Source: Mytilus edulis
Lineage: Eukaryota
NCBI RefSeq assembly: GCF_963676685.1
Contig: NC_092345.1
Coordinates: 44,516,001-44,580,000, forward strand
Direction: 5' to 3'
Length of the DNA: 64,000 nt
Every line of letters starts with the position of its first letter. Within the stretch, counting starts at the first letter, position 1. The notes beneath the pieces are model-generated. The model was not told the DNA's origin and did no database searches. It saw nothing but the letters and a program-made list of their open reading frames with translations. Both the position numbers and the translations under genes were made by a program. This document shows positions 25,812 through 38,357 of the stretch, piece after piece.

Positions 25812-27747
25812 CTAAAGAAAACAGATATTAATTTTAAATCAAGGTATACAGAAGTTAAGAACGTTTTAACAAAATATTTATTTCTAATTTAATAAACATT
25901 TTCTCACTGTCAGAACTATATTTGCATTGTCAGTCTGAAAGTGGAATTAGATTTCAGGCATGCGTTTAAAAAAGATCAGACAACTCATTTGCATAGTTAA
26001 GATTAAATAGAGATACATGTATAGCATACATGTATTGACATAGTTTATCAGCCAATGTGAGGGCTTTGTTCCAAAAAAAACATACATTTGTACATGGTTC
26101 ACAGGAAAGGCACATTGACATTTTGTCATTGTTTGGGTGTTTCTATACAGTGCAGTGTAAGAGAAATTCTAAAATTACCTCCATACAATGTACATGTAGA
26201 TGACAGATACCTCAATTTCAAAGTTACTTCCCTTGGTACTTGTATGTTTAAATCAAACAGACCTGGCATTTATAAAAAGCCGATTATATCATAAAATTTA
26301 TGATGTTTAACCTACAAAATGTATGGCAACATACATGTACATATACAACAGTCAGGGGGTACAATTTAATTTCCTGTATAAAAGTTATGTAATATATTTG
26401 TAGATAAAAAAGTAAATTTTTAACTTTAATGTTTCTCTAATTCCATTTTACACTACTTAAAAAAAAACTAAATATATATGTAAAAGAAATTTTATTTTTA
26501 CAGCACTTGAAAATCACAATTCAAAACATTCCTAAAACACTTTTCTCAGTGTTAGAACATTTTTTTTTATTCAGAGTTACTATAAAGCACTATAAATGTT
26601 ATTAAAGTGAATGTGCAAGGCAAACAGTTTATAAATAGGCATGGTCCATGAAGTTGTATTTTCAAGAATATTTAAGACAGACAAGCAAACAGTATGTATA
26701 TATATCATAACAATAAAATCCAAAAAAAAGAATAAAAATATTTCCTTACTTTTAAGATAAAATAAAGATATCAAAGGGAGATAATTTTACCTTCAAAATT
26801 AGTTACCCTTAACCAGTGCCTGTACCCATGACTGTACTTTTTTTAGAAATTGGACAGTATTTTACATATTTACAATGTATCAGTCTTCAAAAATCAAATC
26901 TTTATAGGGAACAAAATGATAATTGCATTAAAAAGAAAAAGAAAAGAAAGTTTTTAAAAAGACGATGCTTGTGAGAAATTTGAGATGAAAGTGGTCCTTC
27001 ATTTATCGTGCTTGTACATCACGGTGTATTTCATGTATTTTGTAGAATGAAACAGACTTACAAGGTGGTTTTTTTAGGTTCCCACACTAATCAAGTTTGG
27101 CAACAGACTTATTGGGTTTAGATTCAAGACAACATGACACACAATGAGCCACATAGACGATAAGAAGTCATAAGTGTTTGTGTTTAAATGATTACTTAAG
27201 GCCCCAATGATCTAAGTTTGCTAAATTCCTTCTTTATTTTGTTTTGGTACCACTAAAGGCTTTTTCAAACAGCTTCACACTAAACAGGACTACCGGCCTA
27301 ACACAGTAACCAATGGTGTAGTTTCTGCTCAAATACAGTGTGTATAATTTTTGGTTTTTTTTGTACATTTGTATGTACATGAGTGGTTTCAATATCTTTT
27401 TTGTAGGAAATAAAGGAGGAAAAAGGCCACTATCTTATATACTTTTCCATCTCATATTTCTCACCAGCATCATATTTTAAAATCTTCTTTTAATTTTTTC
27501 AATGTCAGTACATGTACCAATTTATACCAATTCTACACTGTGTACACACTTGCATGAAATCACAGTATTGTCACGTTTTACTTTTACTGTTTGTTGTATC
27601 TTATTACATGTTTCACATACAAATTGAAATACAGTAATATTATGATTAAAGAAAAAAAAGAGTGCAATTTCACTCTAAAGAGAGTATCTAGAATTGAGAT
27701 ACACAAAGTTTCCAAATTTTGTAATCGGACACACTTAAAGTAATTAC

Positions 27748-27878
27748 CACTCTTGAAAAAGGTAGTTTTCTTATAAGAAGATTAGTTGTCTTTTGGTACT
27801 GTCTAATCTCCATTAAGGCCCTAGTTCCAGCTCTGAATCTTTTTTTCTTCCGTAAACTCCCATCTAAGTTTACATTGT
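27748..27878 (-). CDS. CENPA: CENP-A exon 2 ([44 protein letters not shown])
   Basis: tattttag acceptor (alternative in-frame acceptor at 27863) and gtaatt donor; H3 alphaN/alpha1 with S at H3 Q68. Confidence 0.92.
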
Positions 27879-27949
27879 CTAAAATAGATTAAGAAATAAA
27901 TCAATGTTTTACAAGACTTTTTCTCTGAAACTTATATTCTGTTGGGGTT

Positions 27950-28281
27950 ACACTAATGTCCTGACAGGGTCCTGACAGAAATGAAAACACTAAATACTTT
28001 TTTATTATTGGATGGATTTACTTGAAATTTGGAATCAAGCAAGATGAGAACTTATATTTGATAAATAAAATTTAAAAAAAATATTTATAAGAGTTAGAAA
28101 ACTTGACCTGACCAACTTGACTTTGAAACTACAATGTACTAATGTCCTGACCGATATGAAACAGCAAAAAAATGTTTTATTATTGACAGGATAGACTTCA
28201 AATTCGATACCAAGGAAGATAAAAACATTTAATACAAAAATATAAGAAAAAAAATATTTTCAAGAGTTAGAAAACTTGACT
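27950..28281. repeat. ~180-bp tandem duplication in CENP-A intron 1
   Basis: ACTAATGTCCTGAC and AAGAGTTAGAAAACTTGAC each occur twice. Confidence 0.7.
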
Positions 28282-28821
28282 TGATGTCTTCCATCCTTGT
28301 TTCCAGTTATAATTATAAGAAAATTGTAGTTTGTTCAAATAATAAATTTGTTAAATACCTTATATGAGAAAATATACATGTACAGTATCATACAATATAA
28401 AGACGAAATATCAAATCTGCTATTTTTCATTTTTACAAAAAAATGGTGAAACTATTCAAAGAAGTACATGAATGTATGTTTTTGTTGAGTCTGTGACTTT
28501 TGTTGCAGAAAGCTCGACATAGGGATGGTACAAAATGTAATCCACCTATTTGCAGTATTGCTTATAGTTTCTGAGATATGGACTTAACCATGAAACTTAA
28601 CCTTGTTGTCAGAGCTGAGCACCTGCATCATTCAAGATTTAAAAAAAAAGATATCTAAAGAATTGATCCTACTTATATACCATACACAGGCTTCACTTGC
28701 TTTTTGAGAAAAAGGCACAGCCACAGGCACTTGTTTTATATCCATGGCAGGAACTAGAGATCTTGCCATGAAAGTACTTTGGGAAAAATCATAATATGAT
28801 GCAGGTTTAGCATGCGTAGCC

Positions 28822-30199
28822 CAGTGTTCTCCCCAGGATTTTTTTAAGGCGCAAAATTCAAGGGCGTGTAACTCTTTTTTTAGAGTGAACTTTTGAGATC
28901 TGAAGCAATCAGTCATTAATCCATGACATGCAATATGAATTATAATGCTTTGTGTTATGTGTTTGATAATGCAGAGTATTTCATAATGAATTACAAGAAT
29001 ATATATATATATATATATATGAAATAAAATTGATTTCAAACACAAAAGTTATTTATACATGTAAGTCAAAATATAAATATTCATATCTGTACTCTCTGCT
29101 CCTTCTAGGGATAATGTTTCAAGATAGTGTTATTTTGTTGGACAGACTGTTCCTCAATTTTGTCTTTATCCTCTTTAGGGTTGAAAACCCCTCTCACAAT
29201 AACTTTTGCTTACAAATGTATACCCCCTTTAACATTTGTAAGCCATGAAAACTCAGTCAGCCACTTGTCATTGAAACCAGAAACATGGTGCTTGCTGTTA
29301 TCACTTGCTAAAATTTTAGCTAGGTTGGGATTAGGAGAAGCAATGACATCTGCTTATACTGACAGTGTAAGGTGTATTCCCCTTTTCATTAGAAGTCATT
29401 AGGCTGAAAAAAAATTCTACTTCCATCATTTGCCTTTTGCTTAGAAGTCACCCTTTTGTTATTTGCAGAGAACATGTTCATTCAGAATTAATAAAATCGA
29501 ATATGGTTAAGATATTTGATCATATTTGGTACACAACTTTTTAAAACAAAAATATGTTAATGAACAGCTGACCAGTTTCTGTAGTTTTACATTATATGCT
29601 TCCGTGTGTATTATTGTTAAAACCTATCTCTGGCAGGTAGATATAAACGAAACTTTGCAAGTTTGTTAAAGTTAAGACCATTGAAATTATCAACTAGTAA
29701 CATTATATAGAAGCTGCAGCAATTCCGTACCCGTGTTGATTGTCACATATTTCCCGACGCACGGAATTTTATGATCGATGTTCAATGATCATTTTATTTC
29801 TAAAAACACGACAGTTTGAGACAATTTACCTTGCAAGTAACATTTTTTCACTTTCTATTAAAATAAATCACTTCCCTTTATTTTTATTTTTTCAATTACA
29901 AATACTCTCATTCATAATTTTCATCGTAAATATCTTTAGCAATGTGTATTCAAATTTATCACGTGTATTCATCACGTTTATTGGTCGTGTTAAAATAGAT
30001 TCTTCTTCTCGACCAATGAAAAAATTCGTGATCAGCAACTTGACAATTTTAACCAACATTTAAAATGAAATGTGAAAATTAACACGCTGCGGGACCAAGT
30101 ATTAAGGGACAGCGGACAATTAAGACGCTGCAGGATCAACGAAAATATTATGAAGGCGCTGCAGCACCGCAGCGTCATATCGGCCTGGGGAGAACACTG
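28822..30199 (-). mobile_element. internally deleted hAT DNA transposon in CENP-A intron 1
   Basis: perfect 16-bp TIRs CAGTGTTCTCCCCAGG; relic TTF zinc finger FNDKWLTEFSWL..C (29278-29215) next to the frameshifted hAT dimerisation motif CERGF/STLKRIKTKLRNSL..LSLEG (29198-29100); no intact 8-bp TSD. Confidence 0.88.
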
Positions 30200-30286
30200 T
30201 GTACGAGGATAAATAGATTCTCTAGAGTCGAGAAAGTCTTCATAATGTCAATGCCTGTGACTGGATATATATTTTGTCTTTAAAAC

Positions 30287-30371
30287 CTTTTGGTGGAATA
30301 TTTCGGGAACTGTTTCCAGCATTTCTTTGAGGTGCTACCGATTTTCTACCAGCACTGCTATGTCGTGTCAT
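30287..30371 (-). CDS. CENPA: CENP-A (CenH3) exon 1, N-terminal tail MTRHSSAGRKSVAPQRNAGNSSRNIPPK
   Basis: ATG at 30371; basic, divergent tail typical of CenH3; weak donor AAG|gtttta in phase 1 matches the next acceptor phase. Confidence 0.7.
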
Positions 30372-30424
30372 TCTTTCATTAAATCATTTCATGAAGAACT
30401 GTCAATATAAAATATTTGTTTTCA

Positions 30425-30480
30425 TCTTTTAAATTTCCTGGCATTTTAAACAATCATGCGCATAGATACCGGAAGTATAT
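30425..30480 (-). promoter_or_regulatory. putative CENP-A proximal promoter
   Basis: ETS site CCGGAAGT (30469-30476), NRF1-like CATGCGCAT and E2F/CHR-like GCCAGGAAATTTAAA, 55-105 nt upstream of the ATG. Confidence 0.4.
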
Positions 30481-30820
30481 AACTAATGACGGAAAGGAAA
30501 TGATTATTTTCAGGTAATATTTTCACGGAATCATTATTCTATGAACGGGTACATGTTGATCATTTGTTAGGGGTAAACTCGACAGTCCCCTGTTGTGTAG
30601 TACACTTATTGCTACACTAACATAGGGGATAAGCTTAAGACGGAATGGTAGTCCAGTTTATGTGGGTCCTTCATTTCTATCTTTAAAAAAATCCGCTCAC
30701 TTTTATTCTTTTAATACATGGATCAGTTTAAAAATACTGGCCCTTCTCTAAGTGTCCTTAGTACTTGATGAATTGATAATTTATATCCGCTGTATTCTGG
30801 ACATTGTTCTTTTTCTGTAA

Positions 30821-31071
30821 GGGACGACTTCAAAAGTTCAATGAAGGATAAAAAGACTTAATTCACATAGTTTTTTTTCACTGACCCCCACCCTCCTATT
30901 TAACTTAATTTGGGATAAATTGATTGACCAACTGGCCATGATATGGATCCGATATGTAAAATCAATGTCGGAAAAACAAAGCTTACAGAAGTTTAACCCC
31001 CTCCCCAACCCCAAACTATTTGATTTAAGTTTTTTTTAATCCTACATTGATCGTTTGATGGCGATCGTCCC
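30821..31071. mobile_element. MITE, Harbinger-like
   Basis: imperfect TIR GGGACGA..TCAAA..TCAATG.AGGAT; TAA/TGA flanks. Confidence 0.55.
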
Positions 31072-32818
31072 TGAGTATATTTTTTTTTCAATTTCTTTAA
31101 TTTTTGCAGTTATTCTTTGTATTTTAGCACCCATACTCATCTTTTTTTCTTTTTCTTAAGAAAACCAACTAAATCGAGTTTTTAAATCAACTAATTATAT
31201 AAAAAAAGTTCTCAGGTATAAATCTAATACTATCATTCAAAACACAAAATATAGTTGACCTATTGAATATAGTACTTAAAAAAAAACAACTAAAAAAACA
31301 ATAACTTTACATTGACCAATGAACCATGAATATGAGGGCAAGGTCAGCTAAACCCTGACAGATTGACATGAAGATGTTGCAAGGAACCCATATACCAAAT
31401 ATAGTTATCATATTACTTGTAAGTGAGATGCACCTTCCTCAACCAATACAAACTGGCCATCACGAAATATCCTAAATGTGGGGCTTAAGAGTGGCGTTAA
31501 AACAATAACAATCAATCAATCATAAGTGAGAAATTCTCATTACAAAAAAAATGTATTTTTTTCAAGCAGTTATTTTAAAATAAACATTTAGAGGATCCAA
31601 TTATCTGGTATTACTCAACTGGTCAAACTATGATTCTAGTATTAAGATATTTGGTTTGCTTGTACTCTTATCTGTTACAGACCTTATTTACTTCCATTAA
31701 TGTAGATTGGGTATGTAAAATAGACCAATACAAGTGACATTAATAAGTCAAAAACAAAAATTGTCATTAATATCAACTTATTTGTAGATATCAATTTGAT
31801 AAACTTTTTGACATTTAATCATGTTAATGTTTCTCTCTGAGGGCATTTATCATATTTTCTGCAAAAATTAAAAAAAAAAATATTGGCAAAAATTGTCTTT
31901 CAAGGGCAATAACTCATATAAGAGCTTAAAAAAAATTGTCAATTTCAGTCATGTTAACTTATTTGTAGGTCTAACTTTGGTTTACATATTTGACATTTAT
32001 GAGTACCTAACATAAGTTCTGCAAAATCTAACATTTTTGGTTCAAGGGCAATAACTCCCATAAGTGATCAGTTGACGATTGGTCATGATAGCCCATTTTT
32101 CAGCTTTTACTTTGTTCAATAGTAGTGCCACTATAAGTTTTTCTCTATCATACTCTTTGCGAAAAACTTTGAAAATTTAAATCAATTAAATGTGTTTCAT
32201 GAACAATAACTCCTATAAGAAATCAATAAACAGTTTTGGTCATCTGACTTATTTGTATATGTCTTAAAACATAAAATCTGCTATATTTATTCATTGCAAT
32301 ATCAATATATCAATATCAAAATTTCCCCTTATATTCTGCAGTATTGACACTTTTTTCTTGCAATTAATTCATAATTCAAAGTTTGATAATTTTTCTTTTT
32401 TCTAATCCTTTAAATCAGTTTGATCTTGGGACATGATAAAATCAAATAAACAACATATTTGCAGACTTATATCAGTCATGTTAATTTTCAAGTGTTTCTG
32501 TTAAAGCAATCCTGGCACAAGTTATTATGAAAATTTGCACATCAGAAAACACCAGTCTGTGTCCACACTTGTCTATAAAATTTAACATAGGTTTGTGGAT
32601 ATATCTATAATCAATCCTTTTAATTATTTACACTTTTCAGAATATGAAATTCATAAATGTTTTTTAGAAGTCAAAATAACATTCAAATTAATTCCAAATT
32701 AATGATATATATCTACATGTATGTTTTTTTTATTATATGTTTGTTATTTCACACACTATAATATATAGCAGGAACATATTTAAAATTGAAAATCATTTTT
32801 TTACATAGTTTTAGATCA

Positions 32819-34543
32819 CTAGAATCCAGAATATTCCAAGTCATAAAGTTTGGCTTTTAAAGTTTCTGGACTGTCCTTTTTATTTGAACATCCTAAATAC
32901 ATATGTCCTTCTGTAAACAAAGTAAGTCTACAAGGATATATAATTCCAATGTCATTCAGATTGTAATAGCCAATAAATTTCCCTTCAGAGTTCAATATGT
33001 GTAGTGTAGAAATTAACAAATCTGTAACTACAATATTATCTGCAGGAGTTGTAAGCAGGTCAGAGGGACTAAATGGTTTTTCTTCAGTGTTGATTGTGGG
33101 TTGACCAGTGTACACCTGTTTTATTTCTCCTTCTTTTCCTAATACCAAGAATCTACAATCAGAAAGTTTCCCATCCACAACACAGATATTGCCATTAATG
33201 GTGCTTGTAATTAATCTAGGCCATGTAAATAATGGTTCTTTGTTGCTGTCTTCTTCATATTTTTCCAAGCATCCACCATCCTGGCCCATCACTACCACAG
33301 CAGCCTTCGTTTCTCGTACTACACCTACTATAACTCTGTTATCTTTGGTTATATGAACACATATTGGTTGACTTTGTGATGTATATGGTCTCACATCATA
33401 ATTGGATTCATCATGTTTGAGCCATACAGTGCTACTTTTTGTTTCACTGATAATTAACAGTTTTGTTTCATCTAAGGCTGCTACAACCAGGTTGGTGAAT
33501 GCATTCATTGCTGCCATGTCACAAATAGTAAAACAGTTTGACTCTGACATAATCTTAATATTTTGATTATCAAATTTTATATGTTGCAACTTTTCAAGAA
33601 TACCATCATAAATCCACAGAGTACCATCAGAACATCTGCAAATATTATGAACATTTCTTAATTGTGTGGTGAATTGTTTAGCAATTTTAAACTCAATTTT
33701 AGGATGTTGAATTTCCAAGTTTCCTCTATTTTCCATTGATCCAAAATTCACCATTGTAATTTTGTCTGGCAAGAATCTCCCCAATAATGAAAACTCAAGG
33801 TTTTCTTGTGGTGTAGCTCCACACAATGAAACAGCAAATTTATCAAACTCATCAAAGAATTTGACAAAATCTTTTGAAGTTGTAATACTTTTTACATTGT
33901 TACTCTCCCTCTGTAAGTTTTCTAAGGTTTTCTTAATCTTGCTTTGCTTTGCCCCGATTTCCTGGCTATTTAATTCCCATGTCTGCTCCAGATCTTTTAC
34001 AAGATTATCAGCATGCTTATCAACTTCACACTTAAAAGCATCCCTGTGACTAAGGATATCTTGCTTGATTTTTCTAAATTTAGCATCTTCCTGATCTTTT
34101 ATGTCCTGAACTTTGTCTAAAGTACTGGTCAAATTATGTATACTTTCATCTGATTTCTTCTGTCCACTTCTAGTTATCGTCTTTTTATCATTAAGCTCTT
34201 CTTCGTCAATAAAGGTGTGTCCATTGTGGACTTTGGTTACACATTTTAAACAGATGACTTGCTTACAAGTTTGACAGTATACACAGCAAGCCTGGTCTGG
34301 ATGTTCTAGACATTTAACATCACTAAAGTTAAATGTATCCACTTCTTCTTCCTGTTCCAGCTCTTTAATGTCTCTAATCCTATGTTCAGTTGCATTTTTA
34401 AATCTAGCATGGACTTTATACTTGCATCGGCTGCACATTAAAAGTTGACAGTCCAAACATTTAAATTTTATTTTATTCCCACCATCACAAAGTTCACAAC
34501 CTACTGGAATTTGTCCTCTTTGTAAAGACTTAGAGGAAGCCAT
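32819..34543 (-). CDS. RING-less TRIM-like protein, 574 aa (two B-boxes, coiled coil, NHL-like beta-propeller)
   Basis: CELC..CLDC..CSRC..H..H B-box, CLEH..CQTC..CLKC..H..H B-box, heptad region, then repeated beta-strand units; uninterrupted ORF; splice acceptor at 34554-34553 just upstream of the ATG. Confidence 0.92.
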   Translation of the reverse strand: MASSKSLQRGQIPVGCELCDGGNKIKFKCLDCQLLMCSRCKYKVHARFKNATEHRIRDIKELEQEEEVDTFNFSDVKCLEHPDQACCVYCQTCKQVICLKCVTKVHNGHTFIDEEELNDKKTITRSGQKKSDESIHNLTSTLDKVQDIKDQEDAKFRKIKQDILSHRDAFKCEVDKHADNLVKDLEQTWELNSQEIGAKQSKIKKTLENLQRESNNVKSITTSKDFVKFFDEFDKFAVSLCGATPQENLEFSLLGRFLPDKITMVNFGSMENRGNLEIQHPKIEFKIAKQFTTQLRNVHNICRCSDGTLWIYDGILEKLQHIKFDNQNIKIMSESNCFTICDMAAMNAFTNLVVAALDETKLLIISETKSSTVWLKHDESNYDVRPYTSQSQPICVHITKDNRVIVGVVRETKAAVVVMGQDGGCLEKYEEDSNKEPLFTWPRLITSTINGNICVVDGKLSDCRFLVLGKEGEIKQVYTGQPTINTEEKPFSPSDLLTTPADNIVVTDLLISTLHILNSEGKFIGYYNLNDIGIIYPCRLTLFTEGHMYLGCSNKKDSPETLKAKLYDLEYSGF

Positions 34544-35418
34544 TTTTGATGTCTGAAGTTAAAAACCCATATATTTATATCAAAACTTTTAATCAAATTA
34601 TTTACACTTGTAGATATAATATGAAAGATAAAATATGAGATTATTTAGATATGACATGTGTAATGTACATTTAAAATAAAGATGGACAGTGTAATCTTGT
34701 TTATTTGCTGCATCATATAACTTTTTTTTATCAGGATAGGGGAAGCTAGTACACAAAAACATAATATTTATTTTTTAAATATTATCCTTTAAGGGCAATA
34801 ACTCATAAAAATATGATTTGTATGTAATATTTGCTACTGTCGTATAAGCAACAATATTTTATCATTGTATTACAAAAATGTATTATTCTAATTTGCTACA
34901 TATTTCAGCAACAATATCTGCTTAAAATTAACCAGAAAATTTGTTATAATTTTGACCGATATTTTTGCTCTTATTGCTTTAGTTTTTAAATTACAACCCA
35001 TAATTTTGAGAAACAGCTGTTTTGTTTGTTATTGATAAAAAATCTTAGATAATTGTATCCTACATTCAATCAAAACATCAATTTATAAACTATACACACT
35101 ATTTGCCAATTCGGGGACTGTTAGCTCACTATGTGGCTTTGCTCATTCTTGAGGATCGTAGGGCTAACTATAGTTAAAGTCTGTGTCATTTTGTCTCTTT
35201 TGAAGTTTTGTCTCATTGGCAATTATACCACTTCTTCTTTTTTTTTTAATGTAAACATTATTTATTAGAACACTAAAAATCCAGCAGCAATAGAGAGCGA
35301 CAAATAATGTTTAAACAATAGATAATTCCAAAGTTTTTAGAAAGAAAAAAAATAGATTTAACCGAAATTTTCAAAAATCGTGCATAAACACTGATTTATT
35401 CACAAAAGATGGAACGAT

Positions 35419-36607
35419 AAACTAGAGGTTCTAAAGAGCCTTTGTCGCTCACCTTGTGTATATTAAACAAAAGACACAAATTATAGACGAGAATTGAAAT
35501 CATGATAAAATTATGTTTTGGTGATAATGATATGTTTGTCAATCTTACTTGACTGAACATTCTTCCTGTTTACAATTTTCTCTATTTATAATGAACTTGG
35601 CTCAGTAGTTTCAAAGGAAAATATTTTGTAAAAGTTTACAAAAATTTACATAATTTACGAAATTGTTTTAAAATTTACTATTAAGGGCAATAACTCCTTA
35701 AGGAGTCAATTGACTGTAGGCAAAGTTGACTTACTTGAACATCATTCCTACTTTGCTATACATAATTTTTGTTTACAGTTTATCACTATCCAAGATAATA
35801 TTCAAGATAATAACCAAAAACTGCAAATTTTCTTCAAATTACTATTCAGGGACAGCAACCCAACCATGGGTTGCCTGATTTGTCTGAAAATTTCAGAGCA
35901 GATAGATCTTGACTTAAAGAAGACAACTGCCATATTTGCTCTAAATGCTTTGGTTTTAAAGATATAAGTCAAAAACTGCATTTTACCCCTGCATACTATT
36001 TTAGCCATGTTGGCAATCTTGGTTCGTCGGCGGGGTTATCGGACACATTTTTTAAACTAGATACCCTTATGAGGATGGTGGCCAAGTTTGGTCAAATTTG
36101 TCTATGTTGTTTCAGAGTAGAAGATTTTTTAAACGATTACTAAAATTTTAGAAAAATGGTTAAAAATTTACTATAAAGGGCAATCACTCCTTAAGGGGTC
36201 AACTGATAATTTTGGTCTTGTGGACTTATTTGTAGATCTTTCTATGCTGAATATTATTGCTGTTTACAGTTTATCTCTATCTATAATATTATTCAAGATA
36301 ATAACCAAAAAATGCAAAATTTCCTTAAGATTACTAATTCAGGGGCAGCAACCCAACAATGCATTCTTCGATTTGTCTGAAAAGTTCAGGGAAGATAGAT
36401 CTTGGTTGGTTGGCCGAGTCATATGACACATTTTTTAAACTAGATACCCCAATGATAATTGTGACCAAGTTTGGTTAAATTTGGTCCAGTAGTTTCAGAA
36501 AAGATTTTTGTAAAAGATTATGGACGACGGACGACGACGGACGACGGACGACGGACGCCAAGTGATGAGAAAAGCTGACTTGACCTTCAGGTCAGGTGAG
36601 CTAAAAA
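35419..36607 (-). mobile_element. non-autonomous Helentron/HINE with an internal ~490-bp tandem duplication
   Basis: subterminal IR GCTCACC/GGTGAGC, (GGACGAC)n microsatellite, terminal stem-loop AGAGG..CCT, T-run ends. Confidence 0.75.
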
Positions 36608-36863
36608 GGTAAGTTTGGAAACTGTCTGTCGAGCAAAAACCTAGTAAGGTCGACATTAAAATATAGACGTAGCACTAAGTATACAGCTGAGTGAGAAACA
36701 ATTTTTCTTTTACCCGTTTATAAAGTGTAAAGATTAACAATTGAAGTTTTACTCTTTACACCAATTTCATTTTTTTCAATAGTTGCTTCGTAAATAACGA
36801 TCATAACAAATGATTTATGTATCTTATCAGTGCACTTGTCAACCGTACAAAAAATATAACGCA

Positions 36864-37900
36864 TCTATACTATTAAACGAGAAGACCTCATTTTTGGTGT
36901 CGCTTCTCTTCTTTCCAGAATAAATTAATCAACACGCCTCTGTGTCCTATAGGTACAGTGCATAGTCGCATTTGTCATCCATCCATATGATTATTCAAAT
37001 TGAGTTATTTTAGGAGAAAAACGAGAAAAAAGGCATCCGGATATTGTCCCGTCATTGTACGAAATTTTAAGTCAGATTAGACTTCCGGTTTGCGTTTTTC
37101 TGTATACTTTGAACATACATATACTACGAATAAAGTGTATTTTCAGAATTTTATCTGCTATCATTTTCAAGTTTACTATCCACGGCGGTCACAGAGTTTA
37201 TTAAATAGAGAGGGTCTGTATACTATATCAATGATCACCATGGATCGATTAGTAAACTTAGAATTGAAAGTGAATACGCTTTATTTATATAGTAATGAAT
37301 GTTCATAATATACAGATAAGAGCTAAAATTATTCATGTGAACTTTTGATACTTTTTCTGAAATCCTCCAGTCATTAAATCTTTTACAAAATTCATTGATT
37401 ACATAAAAAAAAAAAAGATGTGGTATGATTGCCATGTTTAGACAACTCTCCACAAGTGACCAGATATTAACAACTATAGGTCACCGTACGGCCTTCAACA
37501 AAGAGTAAAGCCCATACCGCATACTCAGCTTCAAAAGGCCCGAAATTACAATGTAAAACAATGCAAACGAGAAAACTAGCGGCCTTATTTACGTACAAAA
37601 AATGAACGAAAAACAAATATGTAACACATAAACAAACGACAACCACTGAATTGCAGGCTCCTTTATACTTAAATAAATGTTCATAACATACTAAATGTAT
37701 GTTCATAATGAAATTGATAGAAAACCAAAAATTGGGAACTTTGGAAAAAAAACATTTTCCTGTCCCCAATAACCTATATGACTTATGATACTTTTGCTGA
37801 AATTCTCCAGTCATTTTGTATTTTACAAAATTCTTCCAACAACACTTTACATACTTTAAACTACGCTCTGAATGCCCGCGATTTCGCGGGTTTGTTCTAG
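36864..37900 (+). mobile_element. non-autonomous Helitron
   Basis: A|TC start, 3' hairpin CCCGCG-ATTT-CGCGGG, CTAG|T end, no TSD; nested repeat at about 37405-37660. Confidence 0.85.
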
Positions 37901-37986
37901 TTATTATAAAATGTTAAAACATTCGACTCTAACACATTTATATAATATATCATTAATTTATTATTTGCATATGTTAAATGGCTTAC

Positions 37987-38060
37987 CTTATCGGAGAAAG
38001 ACACTTACAGAATCAAGATTCTGTCCTCGAACTTTCTGACTTATCTTCAACTTTAACATT
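37987..38060 (-). other. candidate non-coding first exon of the TRIM gene
   Basis: consensus donors AAG|gtaagc (37986) and TCT|gtaagt (38008) upstream of the TRIM acceptor; 5' boundary uncertain. Confidence 0.4.
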
Positions 38061-38357
38061 TAAATTAAAATTACAACAAATATCAATATTATATCTGCCA
38101 TTTTTAAAAACATGTCCTATTTTTGACAAAGCACAACAGAAAAATTGATATTACATGATCTGACTTTCAAAAGAAGTTAATGGAACGCTTAATTTAAAGG
38201 CCCATAACTGCACACTCTACATGAGCAGACGATTTTAATCATTTTAGTTATAAACATGTTGTTTACGTGTTTCTACATGAATGTATTCACAAATTTAAAA
38301 TTGTCAATAGAAAAATCATTCGAATTTACAAATTCTTTAAAATATACGTTGTGTATA

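Noticed and set aside
24659-27878. Canonical histone H3 or H3.3
   Set aside because: No ARTKQTARKS tail; CenH3-diagnostic substitutions and a longer loop 1
28621-28806. C/D snoRNA suggested by the 11-bp terminal inverted repeat ACCTGCATCAT, and ORF 28632..29045
   Set aside because: Boxes C and D are not canonical or correctly placed; the ORF crosses a transposon end and a TA repeat
33108-34049. Antisense and alternate-frame ORFs over TRIM (likewise 15777-16654 over DENND1)
   Set aside because: Shadow frames of real coding exons
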